From positions 21,080,001 through 21,144,000 of the forward strand of contig JBHGNT010000005.1 of NCBI GenBank assembly GCA_043228905.1: a stretch of DNA of 64,000 nt, in the 5' to 3' direction. This document shows positions 52,799 to 64,000 of this stretch, in pieces. The notes beneath the pieces were generated by a model, which did not search any database, was not told where the DNA came from, and saw nothing but the letters and a program-made list of their open reading frames with translations. Source of the stretch: Azolla caroliniana (lineage: Eukaryota > Plantae > Polypodiophyta). A program made the position numbers and the translations under genes. The stretch's first letter is position 1. Every line of letters begins with the position of its first letter.

Positions 52799-53212
52799 TG
52801 TAAACGATTGCTTGCGGAAGCGTTAGAGAAGCAGAGAAAACAGAAAATATGCAGAGAGTACACGGGAGAGACAAAGAGAGCAGAACGTAAAAGTTATATT
52901 CAAAATAATAGTAAACACTCTGTACATACTCTGTGCTCAGTAGCACTATTTATACAAGTCCTATGCGGACTGACAGAAGTACTGTGTACTTCAATGCTCA
53001 CACAAGCACCTGACACTAACTCTGAGACTATAACTAGCTAGTAATCTAACTTATTACTAGGCTTCCGGTTACTGCTGGATCCAGCTAACCGGCTCTCTGC
53101 TCACCAACTCTGTAGCTTGCCGGCTCGGTTGCTCACCGGCATATCGATTTGTCTCACTTACCGGCTCAGGCTTTTCAGCCGATCCGGCTCCAATTGACCT
53201 TGCCGCTCAACA
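52799..53212 (-). repeat. Solo LTR (copia-6/7 related)
   Basis: TGTAA..TCAACA flanked by a perfect 5-bp TSD GTTTC. Confidence 0.9.
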
Positions 53213-53250
53213 GTTTCGAATGTGATAGTTGGTCTGTCTCTGTCTCTCTC

Positions 53251-53287
<37 letters not shown>

Positions 53288-53549
53288 TCTATCTCGAAGT
53301 TGTCAGACAGAAAGTGGCAGAAAGTTAGAAAGAAGACACATATCTATTACCTATCTCTCTCTTTCTCTCTCTCTCACTCCACCTTCGATTCTGTGTTTCC
53401 CCGCGTAGTTGTTGTTGCGTTCCCCTCTGTGCCAGGTTTGATCTTTGTCTCTATATATGTAGAGATTTCTGTTTCCCTGGATTGATTTTCTTTCCTTGTG
53501 TATGCTCGTTTGTCTCCTCTGTTAATGCTCATTTGTCTCCTCTACAACA

Positions 53550-56500
53550 GCCTCGTCAACAACCTCTTGCATATAGGTGATTTTGAAGGCTTGGTGTGCT
53601 CCCAAGGTGTGGTACCTCTGCCTTGACCTTAGCTCCATCTGCCTTCGACCCATCAATCCATGTGCAGCTTGTACGACCTCCAGGTATTCTCTGTGCTACA
53701 TGCCCAACTGGTATGTTTTCGTTTTCTCTGTGTTTCCTGTTTGTCTGTTTTTTAATTTGTATGTGTATGGGCATTTTTAGGTTTTGATTATTCATAGTCT
53801 ATGTGTTGCATGCCCAACTGGTATGTTTTCATTTTCTCTGTGTTTCCTGTTTGTCTGTTTTTAATTTGTATGTGTTTGACATGGACTAGTTTTCTTCTGA
53901 CTATTTAGGGTGGTTGTGTGTTTGACATGGTTTGTACATGCAACTTAGATGGAGTTGGCTATGATGAGTTGCTATGTTTTCGTTTTGTTGGTATGTTTTT
54001 GTTTTCTCTGTGTTTCCTGTCTGTCTGTTTTTAATTTGTATGTGTTAGACATGGATGAGTTTGCTTCCGACTATTTAAGGTTTTTGTGTGTTTGACATGA
54101 CTTGTACATGCAATGTGATGATTTGCTATGTGTTGATGGTAATTTGATGAGTTTTATTCTAGTACATGCATATTCATTCAACGAGAATAATGATGACTAG
54201 GAAAATAATGAGAAGGACACCCATAAAGAAGACATTGATGAAAGAGAAAGTGAAGACACTAGTGAAGGAAGGAAAAAGGACACCTATCAAAGAAAAGCAA
54301 GAAGACACCCACAAGAGAAAGGGTGATGAATTCATCAACAAAGAGAAAGAAGATGTACCACTCCATCATTCGAGACACACCTCTTGGATGGAGTTATTTC
54401 CTTCAAGCACGACCTGAAGTTTATCCTGAGCTGAAAGAGTGATTGATAAAAACCTAGGGGTCAACACATCACGATACAAGGCGAGGATTCCACATAAGTG
54501 GATTGAAGAGGGAATATGTGAACTTATTGAAGACGAGATATGAACATGTTTATGATACAAATCAAATATGTAACAATGAGGTGGGTACTGTTTTTGCACG
54601 TTCATTTGCATGTGAAGTTCAGGGTGGCATCGACGTAGATTGGAAAGATTTTAATCAGCACCAGTCAGAACATTATAAAGGGTCCTCCAGTACCAATGCT
54701 GGGTTGAAGTCATCGGGAACCTCTCATGTGGATATTCCGGCTACAACACCTGTCACCAAGTTCAATCTGCAAAGGTACGGGCCACAATGACTGAAAAGCA
54801 TGAACAGATGATGGCTAGTTGCATAGCTTCTATGAGCTCAAGAATACAAGCACTACTTGCTGATTTGGAAGCAGTTAAACCAATTGAGATACAGGCAGAA
54901 AAGAAATTCTCTTCATTAAAGACTACATATGAATGGATTGCATTGACAATCCAAAATTCAGAACGTGAGGTGTTGAAAGAGGAGTTGAAGAAAGAGCTAA
55001 ACAATATGGGCACTCAATTAGGTTCATAGATGAGAGACCTTGATACTTGCAAGAATGCACATTCCGAAATAGACAATAAGTTGTTAGCTTTAAAGTTGAA
55101 TTCTGAGAAACTTTGTGTTCATCTATAATTGAGCACCCAAGTGGTATGGAAAGTACCATTACTAGTATAGCTATATCACGGTATTGGCTTTAAAAGTTAT
55201 TTATTTCTACTTCTGTGGTATAAATATCATATTAGCTAATATATTATAACTTGTGTTTGCAATCTGCTAGGTGTATATTTTGTGGCCTCGGATTCAAGCT
55301 GGAGGCTATGGATGTTGTGATTACACTGTGGTTGCACACATATCATGTGCTATGTGCTAAGTATCATTTTGAGAAAGAGAATATATGTATGGATTGTAAA
55401 ACTACAATTGCGGTTGAGTGGTACTATGCTTGGGGTTTAAAAGTACACCTGTACAGTATGTGGCTCTACTATTCTATTGTTTGTATTATATGATGTCAAT
55501 TTACATTTGGATTAGAACTAGTGTACGCCACAATTCATACTTCAAATTTAGGAGAACAATGGATTAGTATTAGTGTATCTCTAACAACTAATATGTGGAA
55601 CCCTCATTATGTGGGTTAGTATTGGCAATACTCTTAATATATAATTGGTATGTGTAGTTGAAGGGATATTTTCCAGAATTAGTACTAAAAGGGAATCAGG
55701 TACAACATCGTCCAATCTATATTGCAACTTGCCTAGTACTAGTTTAGTAGACACTATACTTGTAGTACACTGTTGACTGTTAGTATTGTTTGTGTAACTT
55801 GGGAATTAGTATTAGTTATGTAATTTGGGAACAAGGTGTATAGTAAATTGTTGAATATTAGTATCGTTTGTGTAATTTGGAAATGAGGTGTGTCAAACAC
55901 AATCACATTTAGTACTAATATTGTTCAAGATTAATACTGTTGGTGTAATTAGTACAAGTTATGTAATTAGGTGTGTAGAACACATATCACGTTTAGTATT
56001 ACTTGTGTGCAAAATACCACGTTAGTACTAAAATCCAATCTACATTTGTTGGATTAGATGTTAGTCCAATCTATATTACAACGTGCCTAGTACTAGTGTT
56101 AGTACACACTATACTTGTAGTACATTGTTGATAATTAGTACTTAGCGAGTAGTACATTGTTCATGATTAGTACTAGTTCTGTAAATTGGGAACTAAGTGA
56201 GTAGTACATTGCTCATGATTAGTACTAGTTTTGTAAATTGGGAACTAAGTGAGTAGTACATTGCTCATTATTAGTACTACTTGTGTAAATTGGGAACTAA
56301 GTGAGTAGTACATTGTTCACGATTAGTAGTAGTTGTGTAACATGGGAACTAGGTGTAGCTTAATGAATTATTAATGCAACTCTTGTGACCTACATTGTAT
56401 ATTTTATATCACGGTACTAACCTTAAAGATTTTTTGGTTTCTTGCAATAAATGTTGTAGTGTCAAGCAACTCCACGCCAGGGAAGGTAATGGAACAACTG

Positions 56501-58175
56501 GCCCCTGTGCCTAAACCCTCGGTATCTGCTGAACATTCCAAGGTTCAAGGACCATCATTACCAATAACCTATGAGTTTTATGATGAAGATGAATGTATGA
56601 GAAGGGCCATTGGAGCAGTGGAACATATGCTTCTACAAACAAATTCCCCAAGCTCTGGTCAACATCAAAACAATCCAGGTAACACAAATTTTGCCAACAT
56701 ATCTTAATTCTCATTTGAGAAAGTGTTGAATGCCTAATTTCTTTAGAAATAGAGCCAACTAAGAAGAGGAATACTGCAAGAATGTTGTATGGAAAGGGCA
56801 AGGAAGGCAAAGTTGAATGCAATGGTGAGACATATATGTTCTCACCTGTCCGCAGAGTTGTCAACCTAATGCATTGTCTAATACCATGTACTTGTGTTAC
56901 TAGCTAATGACGAAATGATCTTTGGTGAGGGAGATACGAGTCCAAAACCTGATCATGAAGACGAATTTATCACACTCCCAAGTACACGTCAAAAGCCAGT
57001 TTTTGAAAACAATGATTTAGATCATAACAACCCTATGATAGTGTTGCTTTTGGTGCATTCTATAGATCATAACAACCTTGTTGAGCACTTAGATGTTGTG
57101 GAGAAGATGACCGAGCCTGCCACTTGCAATGGGGTATCTACGGCTGTACAGTATGACGATGTAACAATAGGTAAAAATGTGGCTCTTAACCCTATGTTCA
57201 TTGTTGTTGGTATGTTTGCAAACTTTTGAGTGTGTGAGTTGATACTAATATTCTTTGGAATCCCATTATTTAGGTTTACAAGAGCAGTCCGATTCCCAAT
57301 TGCAATCAAATGAATCGGGAACTATATGGAGCACAAGTGCAAAGTCAGATTCTAGGATTAACCTTTGCACGGAGGCAGACTCTGGAAGCACATCTTCTAC
57401 ACATGAGGATTGTGAGAAAAACGAAGCATTCATATTTGAAGAGTAGTTGGCATGTACAAACAACAATTTGTCTAAAGAAGCACATGAGGAGTGTGGAAAG
57501 AATATGGCAAGTACTAAAGAGAAGACTGATTGTACTGAGAATGTATCTGTAGTGTCTAAAGATTCCCATGAGGAGTGTGGAAAGAATATCGCTAGTACTG
57601 AAGAGGAGCCTGATTGTATTGAGAATGTGCTAGTAGTGTCTAAAGAATCCCATGAAGATTGTGGAAAGAACATCGTTACTAATGAAGGGGAGCCTACTAG
57701 CATCACCCATGAGGACCAGGCAATAAAGACCACCCAAGAAGGGGAGCACGGTTCTCTTAAGAATGAGGTGACAACCACCGTACAAGAGGAGTTGACCCAA
57801 GAAGGAGAGCACAGTGGTCTTAAGAATGAGGTGACTATCACCAGCCAAGATTTTGCCTGGAGTATTGTTGTAGCCCACATACAAGAGCCTAATTGTACTG
57901 AGACTGAGCATACTAGCAACAACATGAGTACTAAAATAGCCCACATTCAGGAGATGAGTGATAATTTTTCTATCGACAGTACCTTTGTGGATGTGTGTAC
58001 AAGCATTGCAGTTGCAGAAAACACAGTTGCTCTCTCAAGCTTGCCACTAGTACAAGGTGCCCGTGCATCCACGCCTGTCTTTGATGCCTCTAATGATGAA
58101 GTGCCACTTAGTCAGCTGATACCTAAAGGCTTTAAGATACTGATTGTCTTTCGATTGTACTTGAACTTTAGCTGA
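53550..58175 (+). pseudogene. Companion gene of copy B: unknown domain, coiled coil, RING finger, acidic repeat region
   Basis: 54503-54790 (YEHVY..NNEVGTVFARSFACE..VDW) aligns with copy A (HQKVH..NNELSISFARAFAYE..VAW). Coiled coil 54787-55029. RING 55263-55440 (ARCIFCG..LHTYHVLC..C..C). Exon borders approximate. Confidence 0.68.
55700..56370. repeat. Intronic array rich in TAGTACTA/TAGTAC (~50-bp units) after the RING exon of copy B
   Basis: For example GGGAACTAAGTGAGTAGTACATTGCTCATGATTAGTACTAG repeated 3-4 times at 56150-56350. Confidence 0.82.
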
Positions 58176-58908
58176 ATTGTTAGTGATGTCTGAAATTGAA
58201 CTATTTGGTATACCAAAATACTATCTCATTTATCTGAAATAGTTATACCAGTGTCTTTCGATTGTACTTGAACTTTAGCTAAACTATTAGTGATGTCTGA
58301 AATTGAACTATTTAGTATACCAAAATCCAGTAGTTATACCAGTGTGAAATTCTATATTGCCAATTGTAGAGAATGAAAATGTATTCTATTGTTAACTCTG
58401 AAATGTTGTGAAGATCAGATCACTCAGCTAGTGTTGTAGTGTAATCTGAATTTCTATATTTCTAATTCTGAAAGATCTTTGGTGAGGGAGGTACAAATTT
58501 ATCACACTCCCAAGTACACTCCCATGCAGCCATGATTGTGTTGATTACAAATAAAATTCTATATTGTTAACTGAGATGTTATATACAGTTCCTTATACCA
58601 GATGAAGATTTAGAAGACTGGTATATACTGTCATGCAACCGAACTTTACATCAGATGTATGTATCCGTCTAATTGAGATACTTTGGGAGACTACTATGTA
58701 TTACTTAATACTTGCAATTGACATTAGTACTAAACTAATATGTATATTGATACTTGCGTTAGTACTAATATATATATTGATACTTGGTATGGTCTCCTTG
58801 AGTGCACATGGTTAGAGTTGAATAATGACTTGTGTGCACACAATAGAGACTTGATAGTTGAATAAGTTTGGGCCATATATAGGCTACTAAGTATTCAAGA
58901 GTTCACAT

Positions 58909-59100
58909 CTTAAACCATAGAAACAAGAAACTCTATAATTACCATAAACATTGACAATACAAAAGTATTGAAGACTTCACACCTTAAACCATAGAAACAA
59001 GCAACTCTATAATTACCATAAACACTAACAATACAAAAGTATTGAAGACTTCACACCTTAAACCATGGAAACAAGCAACTCTATAATTACCATAAACACT
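58909..59100. repeat. 74-bp tandem repeat (about 2.6 copies) between the convergent genes of copy B
   Basis: CTTAAACCAT.GAAACAAG.AACTCTATAATTACCATAAACA at 58909, 58983 and 59057. Confidence 0.88.
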
Positions 59101-59286
59101 TACAAAACAAGCTCAATAAATAGTCTCAATACATCAAATATATCGATTCATAATACATAATAGAAGAAAGACGAAATACATCGATTCATTTGTCAATCAT
59201 CAAAATTAATATATCAATACATCAAATAGTGAACTACAAGTGGATGTTTTTCAGTTTTCTGGTACAATATATTGATAGGGTGACTT

Positions 59287-60172
59287 TCAAGCATTAAATA
59301 GAGAGACCTCCCCTAATATGTGCTCATGAACCTCTTGGGGGACCTTGTAGACAATGTTGTATCCCTTAACCTTGTGCTTTGCTTGAGTCATATTGAATTT
59401 GATCGCAAGAATGGCATCAACGTAGATTATTGCGATCGGTGCTTCTTTTAGTAATGCATATGTGTTCTTGCACTGTGGCAACTTTGCATAATAGTTTCCA
59501 TACACGACAGACTCACCAAGGTTGAAATTGTTGCCTCAACCATCCCTCACCACTTCTTTCAATAATGTCTTGCCTTGCTTGCACACCACAATGTAGTAGT
59601 CTTCTAAATCTTCATTCTGAGGAGATTTGAGCACTGTAAAATGATCTCCAACTTCCAATAAAACTGCCAAGTCTTGATGTTGGTTGTAGTATAGAATATC
59701 GTTTGAATGTGCATCGTCTTCAATGTCATCTTGTCGTTCAAGCTCAAGCTTCTGCAGCTTCCAGGGCTCGACGATTGATAGGTTGATGCATTTATCCCAA
59801 GCTTCATCTATACACATGGAACAAAAGCATGATAAAGTACGGAGTAACAATTGTGTTGTGTCCTTGCGGCTAAACCCTAATACACAATGGGTGCTGCATG
59901 TGCCTTTCACGGTTTTACAACCATATGATTTAGTTCTATCAACCTCATCAGCACGAACTTCAACAAACAATCTATTCGTACCATCATTTGACATCTTCCA
60001 TGTTAGCCACTGCACTACATCATGTGCATTTTGTAACTTAGCACCATTATTATCCAACTGCTCACTTGTAAGGGCACGTTTGATCACAACCCCCGCACCA
60101 TCATGCTCTCCTTTTCCATGTTCAGACCCGAAGTAGTTCCATTGCAGACGAATGTTGAATAAGGAGAAATAC
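59287..60172 (-). pseudogene. Last exon of the Sola2-like transposase (copy B), one in-frame stop at 59536
   Basis: cag| then YFSLFNIRLQWNYFGSEHGKGEHDGAGVVIKRAL..TVKGTCSTHCV..LSCFCSMC..LEVGDHF..DYYIVVC; collinear with copy A 39740-40670. Confidence 0.82.
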
Positions 60173-60199
60173 CTGCTTTTGTATCTCAGGTTTCCAACA

Positions 60200-61620
60200 A
60201 AATTAGTACTATGTTGTCAATCGAGCTTACTACACATCCAGTAATACTGATTTAGTACAAATACAAAACAAAGCATAGCACATCGTATCCATTGAGAACA
60301 CTCTACACTTATTAAAAGATAAATAGTACTATGTTGTCAACCATGTGAACTTGGCATCCATTAATAGTAATTTAGTATGGATACAACACAAGGCATAGTA
60401 CAATGAATTCATGGAAAGCACTCTACATGAATTAACAGATAAATAGTACAAACTCTTCAATATCGGATAATACTATGTTGCTGACGACGAGTACTTTACA
60501 TTCATTAATACTGATTTAGTACAAATACAATACACAATACAGTACAATGTGTCCACGGAGAACACAACCCTCCTTAGAAGATAATTAGTACTACAACACA
60601 TGTACTTTACATCCCCCAATAAACACTGATTTAGTATAGATACAACACATAGTACAATACAGTGTGTTCATGGAGAACACTCATCATGGATTAATAGATA
60701 ATTAGTACGAACTCTTCAATATAAGACAATACTATGACTACAAGATGTACTTTACATCTTCTGATAATTACTGATTTAGTATAGATACAACACCAAGTAC
60801 AATACAGTGTGTTCATGGAGAACATTCAACATTGATTACTAGATAATTAGTACAAACTCTTCAATCTAGGACAATACTATGAGTAAAAGACATGTACTTT
60901 ACATCCTACGATAATTACTGATTTAGTATAGATACAACACACATTACAATACAGTGTCCATGGAAAACCCTCAACATGGATTAAAAGATAATTAGTACAA
61001 TTCTCTTAAGGACGGACAATACTATGAGTACAAGATGAGTACTTTACATCCTTCTATAAACACAACATAGTACAGATACAACACACAACATAGTACAATG
61101 TGTTTATGGAGAACACTTCACATGGCTTAAAAGATAATTAGTACAATTCTCTTAAGGACGGACAATACTATGAGTACAAGACGAGTACTTTACATCCTTC
61201 TGTAAATACTGATTTAGTATAGATACAACACACAACATAGTACAATGTGTCTATGGAGAACACTTCACATGGCTTAAAAGATAATTAGTACAATTCTCTT
61301 AAGGACGGACAATACTAGGAGTACAAGATGAGTACTTTACATCCTTCTGTAAATACTGATTTAGTATAGATACAACACACAACATAGTACAATGTGTCTA
61401 TGGAGAACACTTCACATGGATTAAAGATAATTAGTACAATTCTCTTAAGGACGGACAATACTATAGAGTACAATACGAGTACTTTACATCCTTTAGTAAA
61501 TACTAATTTAGTAAAGATACAACATACAACATAGTACACTTTGTCTATGGAGAACACTTCACATGGATTAAAATATAATAAACACAGATTCACGTGACAG
61601 GACAATACTATTTGATCAAT
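60200..61620. repeat. Intronic satellite, ~10 units of 145-147 bp (a few of ~118 bp), rich in TTAGTA/TAGTAC
   Basis: GATAA(T/A)TAGTAC recurs at 60318, 60438, 60580, 60697, 60842, 60987, 61133, 61280 and 61426. Confidence 0.93.
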
Positions 61621-61713
61621 CAAGAACAATTAACTTAGTTACAAACAAAATTAGTATGCATGCATCCATGTGAATAGTGTTGTGTTCGAATAGTTACAAA
61701 CATAATTAGTATG

Positions 61714-64000
61714 TGTTGAGAGACAAGCTCAACATCGGCTGGATCGGCTGAAGAAGCCGAGGACCGGATCGGTTGGGACCGATCGGTTAGGCCGAGTGCG
61801 TAAACCGGGAGGCCGTTAGGAAAGATATTCCGTGAGGAATATATTTGGGCGTTAGTGTAGGAGCTCTTGATGAGCATTGAAGTACTGTCAGTACTTCAGT
61901 CAGTCCTTCTAGGACTTGTATAAAAGTGTTCACTGAAGCACATCTTATGTACAGATTGAGTATTATTGTTGAATATAGTTTTTCGTGTCTCTCTCTCTCT
62001 CTCCTGTGTACACCGTGTAAGCTCAAGCTCTCCATTAAACCTGAGTTTCCTCCCTTCTATTCGGTCTTTATACTTGCTTCCGCACGCTATTTTCTACATG
62101 GTATCAGAGCGCGAGAGTTGAGAACCTCTCTGCAATCGACACAGCTTGACGAAGAAGAACAAGTAGAACGATGGATAGACGCATGGCGAGCTCGCTTCCA
62201 ACAAAGAAGCTCGACAGAACCAACTACGCGTCTTGGTCCTACAAGATGCACCAGTACCTACTCGGACACGGCTACTGGAGTTATGTCGAAGGAGCTAATG
62301 ACGCAGCACCCGAATCGACACATAGAGACTTCCCGTCGTGGGAGCAATCGGCGAGTAGGGTATTATACTGCTTCGCGTCGTGTGTGGGTGAACAACTATT
62401 GAGCTATGTTCGGGATGCAAAGACGCCGAAGGGTGCGTGGGAAAATCTGAAAAAGATTTTCGCCGCGAGCACCACAGCCAGGAAGCTTCAGCTCCGACAG
62501 GAGTTGAGCAACCTACGACAACGCGACTTGTTGGTGGCGGACTATACCTCGAAGATCAAGGATATCTGCGACTCCCTCGCCTCCATAGAGGTGAACATCG
62601 AGGAGAGCGAGATGGTCCAGATCTGTCTCGGAGGTTTGGCGTCGAAGTTCGGAGCGTTCCGAACGGCTGTGTGTACCCGGGAGAATACGCCTTCCTTTTT
62701 CGACTTACAGTCGATGCTCCTCGTAGAGGAGAACCACGCAGGTGCGTCGACGAGCACACACACCGACAGCAGAATGTTGTACACAGAGGGAGATAGGCCC
62801 CGTGGACGTGGAGGACGAGGCGAGTCGGGGCGCAATGAAGACGGCCGACGAGATCAAGGAAGAAGGCACCGAAGTGATGCCGATAGCAACTCCGGACCCT
62901 CCGGAAACAGGGGGAGTCGAAGCGATGAGAACCGGCAAGGGAAGGCCATCGCGGAGTGCTGGTACTATGGCAAGAAAGGCCACAGGGAAAGCGAGTGTTG
63001 GAAGAAGCGCACCGATTTGGAGAGAACCGGTTCCGGAAACGGCTCCGGACATACCCACAAGGGAAATCTGCAACGATCGCACTACGCCGAAGACTCCGGG
63101 AGAGCCGGAGAAGGGTCTGTCTTCGTGACGAGACACGAAGCAAACTCAATGAAACAAAGCACCTCGAGATTGGACGAGGTGTGGTACGTAGACTCCAGCG
63201 CGTCAAACCACATGACGAGCCATAAGGAGTGGTTCTCGTACCTTGAAAAACCGATGTAACTTGGAGTAGTCGCACCAGGAGACGACACTCCGCATCCGAT
63301 CGCGAATGTCGGAGAAGTTCCCCTTAGCCATGTCGGGCAGAAAGGGAAACTCATGAACGTACTGCACGTCCCGACAATCACGAAGAACTTGGTCTCGGTC
63401 GGACAGATCGTTGACCAAGGGATGGAGGTTTGGTTTACACACCTCAGGTGCTTCATTGAGGAAGAAGGCCGTGTGATTGCGCAAGGGCGCAGAGACGGGA
63501 GGATTTTCATCCTCGATTCCACTGACAGCGGCACCGCAATGTTCGCGAAGGGACAAAAAGCCGAGTCGGACATCGACTTGTGGCACAAGCGGATAGGCCA
63601 CGTCAATCACCAGTGGCTTCAAGATCTGCAATCGAAATAGGTAGTGTTCGGATTGCCCAAATATAGTGGCCGAAAGGCACAAATTTGTGAAGCCTGCTAG
63701 CTCGGGAAGCAACACCGACTTCCTTTCTCGAACGAGCGAAACCGGAGCCGGAACAAGCTCGACCTTATACACTCTGATGTATGGGGGCTGGCACAAAACG
63801 TTAGTCTTGGCGGGAGCCGATATTTCGTCTCCTTCATCGACGACCACACACGGGACACATGGATCTACCTCATTGAGAGGAAGAGCGAAGTCTTTGACTG
63901 CTTTCGGGACCTCAAAGGGTTCGTAGAAACGGCAACGGGACGAAAGATCAAGTGCCGGTCAATTCAACGGTTATCTACAACAAATGGGAATTCGGCGCGA
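61714..64000 (+). mobile_element. 5' part of a Ty1/copia element (copia-7): LTR 61714-62098, PBS 62099-62110, gag-PR-IN
   Basis: TGTTGAG..TCTACA, then TGGTATCAGAGC. LDRTNYASW, ECWYYGKKGHRESEC, WYVDSSAS, LWHKRIGH, IHSDVWG motifs. Confidence 0.95.
62183..64000 (+). pseudogene. copia-7 gag-pol with in-frame stops (63257, 63638, 63698)
   Basis: ORFs 62171-63259 and 63353-63640, then the integrase core. Confidence 0.88.

Larger units (their letters stand above)
52528..61713. mobile_element. Sola2-like DNA transposon copy B (inverted relative to A); continues beyond the copia-7 insertion
   Basis: Starts GGGTCGAAGCATGC, resembling the copy A TIR, exactly where copia-6 coding breaks. Contains a homologous companion gene (+) and a transposase exon (-). 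Confidence 0.8.

Noticed and set aside
60200-61620. CRISPR-like regularly spaced repeats
   Set aside because: Whole units repeat with no unique spacers; eukaryotic context and no cas genes.
62437-63847. Several overlapping antisense and alternate-frame ORFs
   Set aside because: Shadows of GC-rich copia gag-pol.

Overview
Repeat-rich eukaryotic plant DNA, not prokaryotic. The very long intron and the TE families suggest a large-genome, possibly non-seed plant such as a fern or lycophyte (inference). The only host gene is an apparently intact 4-exon TRICHOME BIREFRINGENCE-LIKE (TBL) O-acetyltransferase on the minus strand (25576->6427, 429 aa). Its 16-kb second intron holds two Ty1/copia elements. 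The rest is a nest of decayed TEs: a chromovirus Ty3/gypsy, about seven copia elements or LTRs, another gypsy, two hAT-type non-autonomous elements and (CT)n-associated RTE-like LINEs. The most unusual content is two diverged copies of a ~10-kb TIR DNA transposon (35361-45696, and 52528 to beyond 61713). Each has a Sola2-like DDD transposase facing a homologous multi-exon companion gene (unknown domain + coiled coil + RING; copy A also carries an FCP1/NIF phosphatase-like domain). In each copy a family-specific palindrome (TAGCTAATTAGCTA in A, TAGTACTA in B) sits beside the terminus and is amplified into kb-long arrays in the introns of both genes. This resembles the VANDAL/VANC anti-silencing design but in a different transposon superfamily. 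All coordinates were read by eye; no searches were run.
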